Assembly (NCBI GenBank): GCA_043823085.1
Contig: JBDRBE010000002.1
Location: 19,312-83,311, forward strand
DNA: 64,000 nt
From: Candidatus Levyibacteriota bacterium
GTDB lineage: Bacteria; Patescibacteriota; Microgenomatia; Levybacterales; UBA12049
Direction of reading: 5' to 3'
Positions within the stretch are counted from its first letter, which is position 1. Each line of letters begins with the position of its first letter. The notes under the pieces were generated by a model, which saw only the letters and a list, made by a program, of their open reading frames with translations, was not told the origin of the DNA and ran no database searches. The translations under genes and the position numbers were made by a program. Positions 63,206 to 64,000 of this stretch are shown here, one piece after another.

Positions 63206-64000
63206 CTACAAGATTTCTGTGAACCATCTTTTAATCACTTCTTGTGTTTTTGCGGATTCTTCAGGGCCAGGCAATCCTGGTATATCTTTTCCAAAAAAAC
63301 TTAAATCAAGAAAGTCTAAAGCAAAAAATCCAACAACCTTGTCACGCTTACTTCCTTCTTCAAGGATTATTTCATTGGCCCGTGCCTCTTTTTCTTCATT
63401 CCACTCCCGCTCTTTCCATGTAGACGGCAACTGACCAAAAAATTCGCTAATCATAACTCCTTCGCAATTGTCCCTTTCTGCATAACCGAGAATTGTATCC
63501 AGCGCATAGTCAACACGTTGAGGGAGCGTTTCTAGTGTCCTGCCAGAACCCACACCGATGGTAAAACCAACATAATCGTATCCCGAGAAGTTCGGACCGG
63601 GTTGCCCGGGAGCGGGCTGTATACCACCGACAGCATCCCCTTTCCAGATGACCTTACCGTGATAAACTTCTCTAATTTTAGGAAGGATCTCCTGCCCCCA
63701 AGTTGCAGATGCAGATGGGCCAAACAGCACTTCCGGCTCATTCATCGGAGCGAAGAGTTCAACTTCATGTTCTTCAGCTAATTTAGCAAGTTCAATAACC
63801 CTGGCGTTCCAAGCCTCCAAGGCTATCTTCTTTGATGCAGGCATGCACTTTGACATGGTCAAGGCAACTTTTAAGCCGTTTTTGTGGGCAATTTGAATAT
63901 TGGAAATCATAAGCTCTTTTTCAACCGGAATAATTTCTTTCATTATTTTAACCAATTTGGAATCGGGAGGAACTCCTTCAAGGCAGTGCTCGGGCTGAGG
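63206..64000 (-). CDS. GH5-like glycoside hydrolase paralog 2; 5' end beyond window end
   Basis: Collinear with paralog 1 (MNEPEVLFGPSASATWGQEILPKIREVYHG..., ISEFFG). Frame stays open upstream of the track Met (TTG) to position 64000. Nearly identical 3'-end nucleotide sequence to paralog 1. Confidence 0.55.
   Translation of the reverse strand, partial: PQPEHCLEGVPPDSKLVKIMKEIIPVEKELMISNIQIAHKNGLKVALTMSKCMPASKKIALEAWNARVIELAKLAEEHEVELFAPMNEPEVLFGPSASATWGQEILPKIREVYHGKVIWKGDAVGGIQPAPGQPGPNFSGYDYVGFTIGVGSGRTLETLPQRVDYALDTILGYAERDNCEGVMISEFFGQLPSTWKEREWNEEKEARANEIILEEGSKRDKVVGFFALDFLDLSFFGKDIPGLPGPEESAKTQEVIKRWFTEIL

Noticed and set aside
1-64000. tRNA, rRNA, tmRNA, RNase P RNA or CRISPR arrays
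   Set aside because: No intergenic segment shows cloverleaf-compatible GC-rich stems or T-loop GTTCRANYC motifs. The palindromic repeats found are not regularly spaced with unique spacers, so there is no CRISPR array.

Overview
This window is low-GC, tightly packed bacterial chromosome with short genes and overlapping start/stop codons. Reduced versions of housekeeping genes (rpoD, valS, CBS-less guaB) make it look like a Patescibacteria/CPR-type genome, but that is inference. It spans the chromosomal replication origin: dnaN and dnaA on the minus strand flanked by DnaA-box clusters, then rpmH-rnpA-yidD-yidC-jag on the plus strand.

Immediately left of dnaN is a Gram-positive-style type IV secretion/conjugation-like module: a VirB4 ATPase (apparently split), a PrgK/VirB1-like SLT+CHAP peptidoglycan hydrolase, and coiled-coil and anchored proteins. 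The rest includes a surface-polysaccharide pair (Wzy-like ligase and Wzx-like flippase), a large DUF4012-like membrane protein, valS, rplY, ruvC, and a minus-strand operon encoding comM, a beta-lactamase-like protein, a P-type ATPase and a large secreted LCAT-like lipase. There is also a nucleotide block (guaB, purA, guaA) and a long de novo purine operon (purB-E-C-F-D-L(S)-Q-M), followed by dnaG-rpoD, a Doc/antitoxin pair and tandem GH5-like paralogs.

The most unusual signals are several families of short palindromic repeats that occur both in intergenic DNA and in-frame inside essential genes (twice in valS, once in purL), in the manner of Rickettsia palindromic elements. Two identical 24-nt hairpins flank the lipase cassette. 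A heptamer microsatellite sits at the 3' end of the Wzy-like gene, where copy-number change would fuse a downstream hydrophobic tail. No tRNA, rRNA or CRISPR array was recognised.
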